This document shows positions 14,152 to 27,400 of a stretch of 64,000 nt of DNA, piece by piece. Source of the DNA: Octopus vulgaris (taxonomy: Eukaryota); assembly GCA_951406725.2 (NCBI GenBank), contig OX597820.1, forward strand, positions 32,488,001-32,552,000, given 5' to 3'. Numbering within the stretch: position 1 is the first letter of the stretch; each line of letters opens with the position of its first letter. The position numbers were made by a program, and so were the translations under genes. The notes beneath the pieces were generated by a model, which made no database searches, was not told the origin of the DNA, and worked only from the letters and a program-made list of their open reading frames with translations.

Positions 14152-14205
<54 letters not shown>

Positions 14206-14220
14206 ATGTGTATATATATA

Positions 14221-14385
14221 TACGACAGGCTTCTTACAGATTCTATCTACCAAATTCACTCTAAAGGCTTTGGTTGGGCCGGTTTACACGAACAGACACT
14301 TACCTAAGGTGCTACGTGGTGGGACTGAACGCGGTTCTCTGTGGCTGGGAAGCAAGCGTCTCACCACACAACCAAACCTGCATCT
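14221..14385 (-). mobile_element. SINE family A, 5' half
   Basis: CGACAGGCTTC...CTACCAAATTCACTC...GTGGGACTGAAC...ACCACACA. Confidence 0.8.
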
Positions 14386-14415
14386 AAGAATGATTGTAAC
14401 AACAACAGCAATAAT

Positions 14416-14885
14416 AATAGCTAATCGACCGGACATAATTATTAAAGACATGGAAGAAAAGACTTGTACACTTATAGATGTAAATGTTCCCACTGATAAA
14501 TATATATGTCAAGGAATTTGACAAACTATGCAAATATAAGGACCTGGACATTGAAATACAAAAGATGTGGCATCTTAAAACGTGAACTGTTCCTATTATT
14601 GTGGGTGCCCTAGGTATGATAAAAAAAGGAATGTCAGAAACATGTAGATAAGATCCCAGGAGAACCACGTCTCAAAGAAATCCAAAAGATTGTGCTGACA
14701 AGTACTGCCTATATCCTTAGAAAAGCCCCATCCATTTAAATGTCTGTGTTGCATTATATAAAGATATTTCACTATGTCCCCTCCCCAAGCTTTCAGCCAT
14801 ACTGTACTAGCTCTTATCCTTCAAGACGCTGGGTCTGTCTCTGCAAGTGACTGTAACAAACATGCAGATTAAATGTAAAAATGAC
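14416..14885 (+). mobile_element. 5'-truncated R4/Dong-like non-LTR retrotransposon (restriction-like endonuclease C-terminus plus 3' UTR) flanked by AAT repeats
   Basis: [26 protein letters not shown] / [39 protein letters not shown] / KEIQKIVLTSTAYILRKA carries the RPD..D..K..KY RLE signature; (AAT)n follows at 14886-14939. Confidence 0.88.
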
Positions 14886-14937
<52 letters not shown>

Positions 14938-14939
<2 letters not shown>

Positions 14940-15157
14940 CGTTTCTACTGTAGGCTCAAGGCTTGCAATTTTTGGAGAGAAGGATAGTCGGTTACATCGG
15001 CCCCAGTGTTTGACTGGTACTTAATTCATCGAACTTGAAAGGATGAAAGACAAAGTTGACCTCAGCGGAATTTGAACTGAGTACGTGAAGTCGGACGAAA
15101 TGTCGGTTAAGTATATTTATTGCCTGGCGCGGTAACGATTCTGCCAGCTCGCTGCCT
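14938..15157 (-). mobile_element. SINE family B: tRNA-like head plus central GCCTTTCATCCTTTCGGGGTCGATAAA domain
   Basis: Collinear with 44153-44382; ends CTGCCAGCTCGCTGCC. Confidence 0.8.
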
Positions 15158-15221
15158 TAACCTTAACAACAAGAACAAGAACAGCCGCAACAACAACAAC
15201 AACAACAACAACAACAGTGGC

Positions 15222-15311
<90 letters not shown>

Positions 15312-15902
15312 TAAAAGCAAGAACAACAACTACAAGAAGAATAATCATAAAAATTGACGGTGTCTCATGAAAATATTATCACCTGAATGAAAGTAATAAA
15401 AATTTCCACAACGACTTCAACAAACGAATAGAAAATTTTAAAAAAACATGGCGCCGGTTTTGTTTTTTTTTTTATCTTTTATGTAGTCACAAAAAATGTA
15501 ACAGCAGGTCGGATTATTTATTAAAGAGATTAAACAACAAACTTTGTGTTTTCTTCTCTTTATGACCTTGTACCCGAGTGATGAAAGAAAACTAATGTGA
15601 TATTACTACTACTACTACTACTACTATGAGCTTGTCCTTGTTATTTTATTTTTGTTCTTTTTTTTTGTTTCTGTTTTTGTTTATCGTTTTAGGATTACAT
15701 GGTGTAGATATGGTGCAACAAGTCGTTATTAATGATCGCTATGCAACTGTCACAACACATAAAATGACAAAGATATTCAAACTATATTCCGACACAAACA
15801 TTACATCACACACGTTCCCTTCCACTGCATATATATATACGTGCTCGTATCTGTGTATCTATATGTATGCATGTGTATGTGTGTGTGTTCATGCACATAA
15901 GA

Positions 15903-15945
<43 letters not shown>

Positions 15946-16010
15946 CATACAGAATTCTGGTGCATCTAAAATTAAGTACCATATTCATTTGAATTTTAAT
16001 TTTTGCTGAA

Positions 16011-16062
<52 letters not shown>

Positions 16063-16091
16063 TGTATATATATATATATTATATATTGTAT

Positions 16092-16146
16092 AACCGCGAT
16101 CTTGCGACCGCGAGTCCGCTGCCCTAACCACTAGGCCATTGCGCCT

Positions 16147-16148
<2 letters not shown>
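16092..16148 (-). mobile_element. Isolated tRNA-like SINE head (family D) within (TA)n
   Basis: - strand GGAGGCGCAATGGCCTAGTGGTTAGGGCAGCGGACTCGCGGTCGCAAGATCGCGG matches the head at 23797. Confidence 0.7.
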
Positions 16149-16190
<42 letters not shown>

Positions 16191-16749
16191 TAGTTGGGTC
16201 AGTGAAGTGATCATGATACAAGCAATTGGTTTGTCTGTAGCATAAACAAGGCTTGTATAGGAACTGCAAATGGCCTGATAATTGATCAATAAATTTTATT
16301 AATCAATGGCTTAAATGCACTCCGTCCCATATGAAGTTTAGACGGAATATATTCCGATGCTATATGTTATAAAAATCCAGTTCTGAAACAACAAACGTAG
16401 CTTGTTATATGATAATCAAGTCTGTAAATAAAATGAACGAAAGAAGTAGTCTAGCACAACTCTGTTTCAAAAGTGGTACCGGGTGCCTGCTACGCAAATT
16501 TTTGAATGTCCATTTTTATCAGGTTGAAAATTTTCTGCTGCAATAAAATAAAATATATGAGTCGATAAACAAAAATGATTTTCAGACCATTAATACTGCG
16601 AGAGCTAAGTTGACCAATAGTAGACTAAAATCTAGAAGCTGTCTTGAATATGTTTCATATCCTATTTATTTCCCTCTTGATGACAGACGAGGTAGGTAAG
16701 TTGTACGAACTGTAAATTGCATGGAGCTGTGCCAACCGTTCCTAAATTA

Positions 16750-17310
<561 letters not shown>

Positions 17311-17581
17311 TGTGATATTCGCCCTGAGAAAGCATCACATATTGGCGTATAGTGCTAAAAAGTACAGAATATCGGCTGTGTACTAATGTCCAGGAGCGGC
17401 AGGGGAACTGTCAGTTCACGTTTTTTCAGCGTGTGTGTATTTCATCAGTAGCAGGTATCCACTATCATTACATGCTAACCAAATTTCGCCCAAAATAATA
17501 TATATAGAAAAAGTATCCTGCCGGACATGCTATCCTTTGTCAAACGGTTTTTCCAAAATATGGCAGCTCAAACTATAGAGG

Positions 17582-17648
<67 letters not shown>

Positions 17649-18059
17649 CTGCGCCAGCATGCAACCGGTATTCTTTACAGCTAAGTAAGTAAAGTTGAAC
17701 AACGTGAAACAAATGCAACACATGACTCTGGGACTGAACCAGCGAATTTTTGATCATGAGTGCAACACCTCTAACAACTAGGCCAGACACATAGACATTT
17801 AATCAACATAACAATCAGTATTTCAAATATTTCTTTGATTTCTACGGTTATATGATATCGTAGTTCTCTTGTTATCAGCCATATTTACAACTGTCTGTTG
17901 AACTGTCTGGCTTTTCTTTTTTTTTGGAGTGGTTGGGGTGGGGAAATAAAATATTTTAAGAAAAACTTCAAAACAAAATTTAAAAAAATAAATGATTAGC
18001 CTCATTTGAAAATCTGCGAAAATACAAATGTCTGCTTTTAACGAGTGGGAGTGAAACAC

Positions 18060-18098
18060 TGAGAGAGATGGAAGAGTGAGATGAGGTAGAGAGAGAGC

Positions 18099-18134
<36 letters not shown>

Positions 18135-18674
18135 TGGAAGCGAGAGATGAGAAACAGAGATGTGTGTGTGTGCGAGAAAGAGAGAGAGAGAGAAAGATGA
18201 GGAAGGGAGAGATGAGAGAGATGGGGAAAAGAGATGAGGAAGAGAGATATGAGGAAGAGAGATATGAGAAAGAGAGATGAGAGAGATGAGGAAGAGAGAT
18301 GAGAGAGATGAGAGAGATGGGGAAAAGAGATGAGAGAGATGAGGAAAAGAGATGAGAGAGATGAGGAAAAGAGATGAGAGAGATGAGGAAGAGAGATGAG
18401 AGAGATGAGTAAGAGAGATGAGAGAGATGAAGAAGAGAGATGAGAGAGAGAAAGGTGAAGAAGAGAAAGATTAGAGATAGGAATGAGAGAGAGGGAGAGA
18501 AAGATGAGGAAGAGAGAGAGGTGAAGAAGAGAAAGATGAGTGATAGAGATGAGAGAGAGAGAAATATGTGTGTAAGAGAGAGAGAAGGAGAGAGAAGGTA
18601 TGTAAGATAGAAGAAGGAAGTGACATAAGAGTAAGAATGAAAAAGAAAGAGAGAAGGAGATATGTAAGAAAGGA

Positions 18675-18705
<31 letters not shown>

Positions 18706-19010
18706 TACACAAACAGAAGTAGGAAGAATGACATGAAGAGAGAAAATTAGAGAAAGGTAAGAGCGATAAAGATAGAATGAAAGGGATAGAGAGGAAGAGG
18801 GAAGAGTAAGAATAAAAGAGAGAGAAGGGGAGAGGCAAGATGGGGAGAGAGAGAGAGACAGAGACAGACAGACAGATAGACAGAGGTACAAGAAAAAGGA
18901 GAGAAAGTGATAGTGAAAAACAGTGCGAGAGGGAAGATAGAGGAAAAGACAGACAGAAGAGGGACGAGAGACATAAAGACAGTAGGGGAAAAAGACAAAA
19001 AGGGAGAGAG
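18060..19010 (+). repeat. ~950-bp polypurine tract with AGAGATG-based minisatellite
   Basis: Repeated GAGAGATG/GAGGAAGAGAGATG units; very few pyrimidines on +. Confidence 0.9.
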
Positions 19011-19176
19011 TATGTGCGTATGTGTGTACGTGTGTGTATTTATGTGTACATGGATGTGTGTATATATGAATATGTATGTGTGTGTGTGTGAGGAAAAACT
19101 ATACACACAGGTGAAAACTAAATGTAATTAGATATAAAAGTAAACACTATCCTTTGAAACTCAGCGTAACTTATGC

Positions 19177-19349
<173 letters not shown>

Positions 19350-19474
19350 ATATATATACATCATTATAATCATGGATAACATTCATATATAGGATATTAT
19401 CACGTAGTCAGCATGTAATAAACCATTTGGGTAAAACTTAATGCAAAGTATATGATTTTATAAATATAATTACA

Positions 19475-19664
19475 ATAAAGGCAACTACTGAGTAGCGTCT
19501 CATACTAGAAGTAGACGCCAAATGGCTCCAAGACTACCTTATTTATCATAGACACGGGTTAAATGCGAGGTAAATTAGACCGTGTCTACGTGATAAACAA
19601 GGTAGTTTTAGAGCCATTTGGAGTCTACTTCTAGCACGTGGCACTACTCAGTAGTTGTCCTTAT
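19475..19664. repeat. Foldback palindrome (~190 bp)
   Basis: GGCAACTACTGAGTAG..CTAGAAGTAGAC..AAATGGCTC..ACTACCTT..TAGACACGG is mirrored by CCGTGTCTA..AAGGTAGT..GAGCCATTT..GTCTACTTCTAG..CTACTCAGTAGTTG. Confidence 0.9.
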
Positions 19665-20332
19665 CATAGCTATGTATGTATGTATGTATGTATGTATGTA
19701 TGTATGTATGTATGTATGTATGTATGTCCATCTATATATCTATCTGTCTGTATCTGTCTCTGTCTCTCTCTGTATGTATGTATATATATATATAAAACGC
19801 ATTGATAAACTGCAAAAATAATTATATAGTATTCAATGCTTTATAAAACATTCACGCGTCACGGCTAGATACCTGTCACAATTACATAATCGTGTGTTGA
19901 AATATTATTCGTATAAAACACCTCCTCACTATTTAGCAAAACCCTTTTTTGTTGCTGATCCTTCAGCTACCTAACTATCTAATCATAGTGAGCTATAGTT
20001 ACCTTTCTGATTAGTTTGCTAGTCGAATTGTTGGACCAATCAATATCATGAGCTCCTAATTCATCTACTCACTTCTTTGCTTTCTCTTGGTTATGCACAC
20101 ACACACACATACACAAACATACATATGCATATACATGTGTGTATGTATGTGTGTGTGAGTGTGTGTGTTTGTGTGTGTGTGTGAATACATACGTGTGTGT
20201 GTGTGAGTGTGAATAGATACATACATGCATGCATAGCGGTCTCATTCACAAATATTGACCGAATACACAACGTGTACGCAACGTCAATCAGGAGTACATT
20301 CACGGTACGTATTCTATGAAAAACGTGTAATA

Positions 20333-20383
<51 letters not shown>

Positions 20384-20905
20384 GTTCTGTTCCATAATGG
20401 CATGATCAACAAAGCCCGGTGACACATATTTAAATATTTAATAAATACAGAATATATTATACAGTATATATAAACAACTAAGAGTTTCATGCGATGAAAC
20501 ACCTCTGACAGCATTTTATCACGTCTCGTGCCTCCATACAATCCCCAGGCTCTACAACATATATATATATATATATATACATATACACACATAAATAAAT
20601 ACCAAGATATGGATAATGGTATATTCACTACAGCTGTCTCCAACGAGTTTTTTTTAATTTTTATATAGAGATATTACATCATGCGAAAGGAAAAAACGTT
20701 TTCATCAAATGAATATTCACGAATCACACATTTAAAACATTCCAGAAGCCACCAGTTTTGTACCACCCTGACTAGTAATAGTCAAAAGACTCCCTTCGTT
20801 TGACCCGACCCGGTACTTTAGCATTTAAGTACCTGATTCATTCACTTGAATCATGAACTCGTGTATACACACACACACACACACACACATACATATACGT
20901 GTAAA

Positions 20906-21140
20906 GGCGCATGGCTCAGTGGATAGAGCGTCGGGCTCATAATCATGAGGTACTGAGTTCGATTATCGGACCGGCCTGTCTGTTGTGTTCTTGAGGAAGA
21001 CACTTTATTTCACGTTACTCTAATTCTCTCAGCTGTAGAAATGAATCACAGGTGCCAAGCTGATTTGTGCCTCGGTGAGGAACTTGCTAGGTGCTATACC
21101 ATAGTCATTCATGATCGAAGTAGTTCTCTGCCCTTAACCC
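20906..21140 (+). mobile_element. SINE family C (tRNA-like head plus CORE-like block), internally deleted
   Basis: GGCGCATGGCTCAGTGG..GAGTTCGATT..GTGTTCTTGAGGAAGACACTTTATTTCAC; tail GTCATTCATGATCGAAG as at 41184. Confidence 0.8.
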
Positions 21141-21200
21141 TTTATGTGTGTATGTGTGTATACATATATATATACGCATATGTATATATATATATATATT

Positions 21201-21585
21201 CAAAGTTACCCCAACCGCAGAACGGGGCGCCACTGCATGGTGCCAAGGATTCCAGCATCACCATCAAAATACAGGTCCAGATACTGCAACAGCTTGGGTT
21301 TCAGAGGACCACAGCTCTTTAACATCCTCCCTGAATGCCTGAGAGACTTACATGGTGTGGATGTGGGTTTCTTTAAAACTAAACTGGATCTCTTCTTGTC
21401 GGGAGTCCCAGATGAACCTACCTCACGACAGGAGACACAGATGCGGGCAGCAGCATCGAACTCCCTTGTTGATCAAGTGCCACGTATCAGAGGTGGATTC
21501 ACAAATTAGTGTAGCTCATTCAGCGGTGGTGCCCCAGCATGGCCGCGGCCTTCGGGCTAAAACATTTTTAAGGATTTAAGGATTT
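21201..21585 (+). mobile_element. 5'-truncated CR1/L2-group LINE (ORF2 C-terminus, 3' UTR, AAGGATTT tail repeats)
   Basis: RRTGRHC..SRYCNSLGFRGPQLFNILPECLRDL..FFKTKLDLFLSGVPDEP resembles a CR1-group ORF2 end; short tandem tail. Confidence 0.85.
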
Positions 21586-22448
21586 ATATATATATATACG
21601 TGTGTATTGGTGTGTTTGTAAATTTTATAGGGTTACATACTTACAAGCACACACACACATATATATAATATATATAATATTTATATATGTATATATATGC
21701 ACATGTATATATATATATGTGCGTGTGTGTGTGTATGTGTGTGTGTGTGTGTTGGTGTGTTTGTAAATTTTATATGGTTACATACTTACAAGCATATACG
21801 TAACCCCAATTAATCTACCCACATCAATCCAGAGACCGGCCCAGGCTACCTTCTAGAAAATTACGTAACCATTGATGTCACGTTAACTAAAACATTACCC
21901 ATATAACATATCACACCACCCCGCACAATTACATAAACCACTTCGACACCACCCGCTTTTGATGACAACTGTTGTCACGAAGTTTAAAGTCAAGCAGGTG
22001 TTTCTCGGCACTTTGATAGTATTATAAAATGCCCATATTAAACTAATGGCTCCCTATATCAGTTTACGTTAAGTTGCTCTTTTTTTTTTACATATATATA
22101 TTTCTTCTAAGAGCGGCGGATCAACCGTGAAATGTCCAGTGAACTCGATGCTATAAATATTATATCACGTTCATCGTTTTTAATCGCAGTAATTTAACAA
22201 TCGTACATTGTGACCTAATAGCAGCCAGCTTTAACTTTGAAATGTTCAAAACAATAAAAATACTTAGATATATCAAAAATATAAATATGTGTGTGTGTGT
22301 GTGTGTGTGTATAGTACGCATGTGCATGCGTATGTGCGCGTGTATGTGTGTATATTTTTCATGAACATCAAACTAATAGACTGGCTTGGTCCTACACCTG
22401 TGGTCGTCTTTCTATAAATTTAGACTATATATATACACACACATATAT

Positions 22449-22673
22449 TACTCTTTTACTATTTACTTGTTTCAGTCATTTGACTGTGGCCATGCTGGAG
22501 CACCACCTTTAGTCGAGTAAATCAACCCCAGGACTTATTCTTTGTAAGCCTAGTACTTATTCTGTCGGTCTCTTTTGCCGAGCCGCTAAGTTGCGGGGAC
22601 ATAAACACACCACCATCAGTAGTCAAGCGATGTTGGGGAGCACACACAGATACACACAAATATACACACCCAT

Positions 22674-22704
<31 letters not shown>

Positions 22705-22933
22705 TACATACATACATACATACATACATACATACATACATACATGCATACATACACACATATATATATACGACGGGCTTCTTTCAGTTTCCGTCTACCA
22801 AATCCATTCACAAGGCTTTGGTCGGCCCGAGGCTATAGTAGAAGACACTTACCCAAGGTGTCACGCAGTGGGACTGAACCCGGAACCATGTGGTTCGTAA
22901 GCAAGCTACTTACCATACAGTCACTCCTATGCC
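22449..22933 (-). mobile_element. SINE family A, full length
   Basis: Complete head, internal (CA)/(TACA) array and (TAAAAGAG) tail. Confidence 0.9.
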
Positions 22934-22941
22934 TATATATG

Positions 22942-23014
<73 letters not shown>

Positions 23015-23041
23015 ATGTATGTATGTATGTATGTATGTATG

Positions 23042-23096
<55 letters not shown>

Positions 23097-23334
23097 CGAG
23101 TGTTAGACAAGTCTGTGGAAAGAGGCTGTTCTTTCCTAGACATATTTATCCAAACGTACACCGGTTTAGCTCCATATCAGTTAACGATACAGGGAATTCC
23201 ACTTGTGCATGTGTATTAGTGCTTATCGTTGGTTCTTCTCCAATAATTAGTAACTTATACTCTTGAAATCACAGTTTTCGCTGTAGATGTTTTCATCTTT
23301 TCGATATAGGATAAAAATGTAAACAACATTCTCG

Positions 23335-23772
23335 CTATTTCGTCTGCCGCAATGTTCTGAGTTCAAATTCCGCCGAGGTCGACTTTGCTTTTCATCCTTT
23401 CGGGGTCGATAAATTAAGTACCAGTTGAATACTGGAGTCGATGTAATCGACTTGCCCCTTCCCCTAAAATTTCAGGCCTTGTGCCTAGAGTAGAAAAGAA
23501 TATTTTAAGGCGGCGAGCTGGCAGGAACGAAATACTTAGCGGTATTTAGTCTGCCGTTACGTTCTGAGGTCAAATTCCACCGAGGTCGACTTTGCCTTTC
23601 ATCATTTCGGGGTCGATTAAATAAGTACCAGTTACGCACTGGGTCGATATAGTCGTCTTAATCCGTTTGTCTGTCCTTGTTTGTCCTCTCTGAGTTTAGC
23701 ACCTTGTGGGTAGTAAATAAATACGTATTTCTCTGTCTTTACGTTCTGAGTCCAAAAATTACGCCGAGGTCG
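23335..23772 (+). mobile_element. SINE family B tandem multimer
   Basis: Repeated TTCTGAGTTCAAATTCCGCCGAGGTCGACTTTGC units carrying both tail types. Confidence 0.85.
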
Positions 23773-23796
23773 GAATATCTATGTGTGTGTGTGTGC

Positions 23797-24142
23797 AGGC
23801 GCAATGGCCCAGTGATTAGGACAGCGGACTCGCAATCATAGGATCGTGGTTTCGATAGTCAGACCGGGTGTTGTGAGCGTTTATTGAGTGAAAACATTTA
23901 AAGCTCTTAAAGCTCCACGAGGCTCCTGTAGGGTAGGGGCTGTGGTGGCGAACCCCGCTGTACTCTTTTACCACAACTTTCTTCCTGTTTCTGTTGTACT
24001 TGTATTTCAAAGGGCCAGCTTTGTCACACTCTGCATCACGCTGTATTTCCCTGAGAACTACGTTAAGGGTACATGCATCTGTGGAGGGCTGCTCCGTTGA
24101 TTGGATCAACTGGAACCTTCGTCGTCGTAACCGTCGGAGTGA
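23797..24142 (+). mobile_element. SINE family D: tRNA-like head, tail ...GATCAACTGGAACCTTCGTCGTCGTAACCGTCGGAGTG
   Basis: Head shared with 16092-16148; 3' half shared with 33440-33758 (-). Confidence 0.75.
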
Positions 24143-24253
24143 GGTGCCAGCGTGGCAGTGTTGTAAGAAAACTGCTTCCCAATCACATAGTTCCTGAAAT
24201 CAGGCACCTTGGGCAAGTGCTTACGGGATTTCGTACACGGAAACTAAAAGAAG

Positions 24254-24328
<75 letters not shown>

Positions 24329-24408
24329 AGAGAGAGAGAGCGAGAGAGACATAGGAGTAGCTCCAGCATGGCCGCAGTCTAACAAAATGTTGAATATATA
24401 TATATATA

Positions 24409-24735
24409 GGCACAGGAGTGGCTGTGTGGTAAGTAGCTTGCTTACCAACCACATGGTTCCGGGTTCAGTCCCACTGTGTGTCACCATGGGCAAGTGTTTT
24501 CTACTATACCCTCGGGCAGACCAAAGCCTTGTGAGTGGATTTGGTAGACGGAAACTGAAAGAAGCCCGTCGTATATATATATATATATGTATGTATGTAT
24601 GTATGTGTGTGTTTGTGTACTTTTGTGTTTGAGCTCTCTCCGCTATGGTTTGACAACCAGTGTCAGTGTATGTTATATATCCACGTTTTTAGCGCTTGGG
24701 TAAAAGACAACGACTGAATCAGTACAACGCTTAAC
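24409..24735 (+). mobile_element. SINE family A (well-preserved 5' half, degraded 3' half)
   Basis: GGCACAGGAGTGGCTGTGTGGTAAGTAGCTTGC...GAAAGAAGCCCGTCG. Confidence 0.85.
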
Positions 24736-25174
24736 AGTTCAATGTCAGAGACAAGCAAAAGGTAAAAGGATCTATGTTAATCTGATGTTATTTTCGTTCT
24801 TGTTGAAGGAATAAATGAAATGAAGCAGATTTCATAATTTTTACGTATTTATTCTCCTTTTTTTTTCTCTCGTTTATCTATAATGTCCTTAATATTCGTC
24901 ATTAGTTCTATTGTGTCCGAATTTCTTCAGTAAGAAGCAGTTAAGAGTTTTACCCACAGAATGTAAATGACTAACATTTTAGTAGCTCAAGGAACTTTGA
25001 AGATTTTACTTTTTTGCGCATTACTATTTGTCTCATGTGAAAATGACGGTCGTTTAGAAAGTTAAAAGAAGATAGTAAGCTAGACAACTGGAGGAGTTGG
25101 CCGGAGTAAGGTTTTCTGCAATATATCACCTTGGGATTTGTTGATTTTACGGTGAGCTGTGCGTAAAATACATA

Positions 25175-25815
25175 TTCTTTTCTACTCTTGGCACAAGGCC
25201 CGAAAATTTTGGTGAGGGGCCAGTCGATTAGATCGACCCCAGTGCGAAACTGGTACTTAATTTAGCGACCCCGAAAAGATAAAAGGCAAAGTCGACCTCG
25301 ACGGAATTTGAACTCAGATCGTAAAGACAGACGAAATACCTATTTCTTTACTACCCATAAGGGGCTAAACACAGAGAGGACAAACAAGGACAGACAAACG
25401 GATTAAGTCGATTATATCGACCCCAGTGCGTAACTGATACTTATTTAATCGACCCCGAAAGGATGAAAGGCAAAGTCGACCTCGGTGGAATTTGAACTCA
25501 GAACGTAGCAGCAGACAAAATACCGCTAAGCCTTTCGCCCGGCGTGTTAACGCTTCTACCAGCTCGCCCGTTGCTCACATCACTAATGTACAAGGGTCTA
25601 CAAAAGGAATTTTCGTTGCTAACATGAACAGTATGTAAAGATTTACAACAGTATCTTTTGTTGCTAACATTGCTGGTGTGTAAAGATCTACAACTGTAAT
25701 TTTCTTTGCTAACATCACAGGTGTAAATAGGGTTTGAACTCAGAACATAAAGACAGACGAAACACCGCTAAGCATTTCAGCCGGAGTGTTAACGACTCTG
25801 CCAATTCGCCGCCTT
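25175..25815 (-). mobile_element. SINE family B dimer (25175-25568) plus an extra head (25731-25815)
   Basis: Two central domains; junction GACGAAATACCTATTTCTTTAC. Confidence 0.85.
25571..25731. repeat. 45-bp minisatellite, ~3.5 diverged units
   Basis: TTGCT(C/A)ACAT recurs at 25571, 25616, 25661 and 25706. Confidence 0.85.
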
Positions 25816-25956
25816 GCGTAGAATACATATTGCTTAATTAATGACGAGTCGCTAAAAGCTAATTAAATGATCTACTGCAATAATTGCTTAAAGCTTGATA
25901 GTTTTATATAGGAGTTGAAAATTCTATGACATCGAATGTGGAAGGTACTACGCTAC

Positions 25957-26002
25957 GTTCCCTGAGGAGAGGTTACTGCACGGCGAAACGGTCCGTCAGG
26001 AG
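25957..26002 (+). ncRNA. Degenerate hammerhead-like motif
   Basis: TTCC-CTGAGGA...C-GAAA-CGGTCCG-TC-AGGA; stem III is near-palindromic but stem II pairs poorly. Confidence 0.4.
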
Positions 26003-26107
26003 TCCCAGTCCTTCACATTTAAGTGTTGAAGAAACGAGTTTACATTCTTATAATTTATGCACAGCTAAGGAATGCTAGGACACAAATGCATGCGCATGGA
26101 GACGTAC

Positions 26108-26140
<33 letters not shown>

Positions 26141-26634
26141 TGTATGTATGTATGTATGTATGTATGTATGTATGTATGTATATATGTTTGTATGTAAACG
26201 TGTGGTTTAACATGCGTGAGATGGCCGCATGCAATGACTATTTCAATTAAGTTGCCTGTGGTTCACACCTGATATTTCCTTACAAGCTTGATGGCACATC
26301 TGAGATAACTCATATAGACTACATAAGGCAGTATCCAGTTCGCCAATTAAAAACACCTGCACGTAGTCATGCAGAAGAGACGGACGTGGAGATTTTAGGA
26401 ACTTTGACGAACGATTTAGAATCTTTACTTTTCCAAATCATCTGCCCAGAATACATATATATGATCACGTGAAGAAAAACTAATATGATAAAACTAGAAC
26501 ACCGTCGTGATTTCGGAACAGTACATACATACATGCATACATACATACATACATACATACATACATACATACATACATACATACATACATACATACATAC
26601 ATACATACATACATACATGTATGTGCTATTCCGA

Positions 26635-26685
<51 letters not shown>

Positions 26686-26691
26686 CACGCA

Positions 26692-26900
26692 TACTCTTTT
26701 ACTCTTTTACACGTTTCAGTCATATGACCACAGTCATGCTGGAGCACCTCCTTTAGTCGAAGAAATCGATCCCAGGACTTGTGGATTGTAAGCTTAGTAC
26801 TTATTCTATCGGTCTCTTTTGCCGAAGCGGTAAGTTTTGGAGACATAAACACACAACATCAGATGTCAAGCGATGGTGGATGGACAGACACAGACACGAA
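26692..26900 (-). mobile_element. SINE family A, 3' half
   Basis: TACTCTTTTACTCTTTTAC..TTTCAGTCAT..CATGCTGGAGCACC. Confidence 0.8.
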
Positions 26901-26949
26901 GACACACATATATAAATATATATACATGCATACATACATACATACACAT

Positions 26950-26984
<35 letters not shown>

Positions 26985-27400
26985 TACACATATATGTATA
27001 TTTATATATAAATATACATGTTAAGTAAGCTGTTGATAGATAAGTTAATGGAGAGCAAGTTATGTTTGAATGGTCGTTCGTGCAACAAGATACGTTGTTT
27101 AGCTATTATCACTCTAACGATTGCGATATCTTATGATACGATCTGACGTCACATGAAATCATATGACGTCATACGATCCGATATCATATAATTCGATATG
27201 TCTCCGTCTACATAACTAGAGACTTACTGGCACTCACCTGTAAAGTCACACTGTAATCACTTCCACTACTTGAAACCGCCGCTGTCGCCGCCGCCACCAC
27301 CACCAGCACGATTACGATCATTAATGAAATTATGTTCCCGTTGAACTTGCTAGAAATATCTCCAGAATACCTCTCAAATTCTTCCTTATCGTCTTAAAAG

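Noticed and set aside
17980-18891. 303-aa Ser/Leu-rich ORF
   Set aside because: Reverse complement of a polypurine low-complexity tract.
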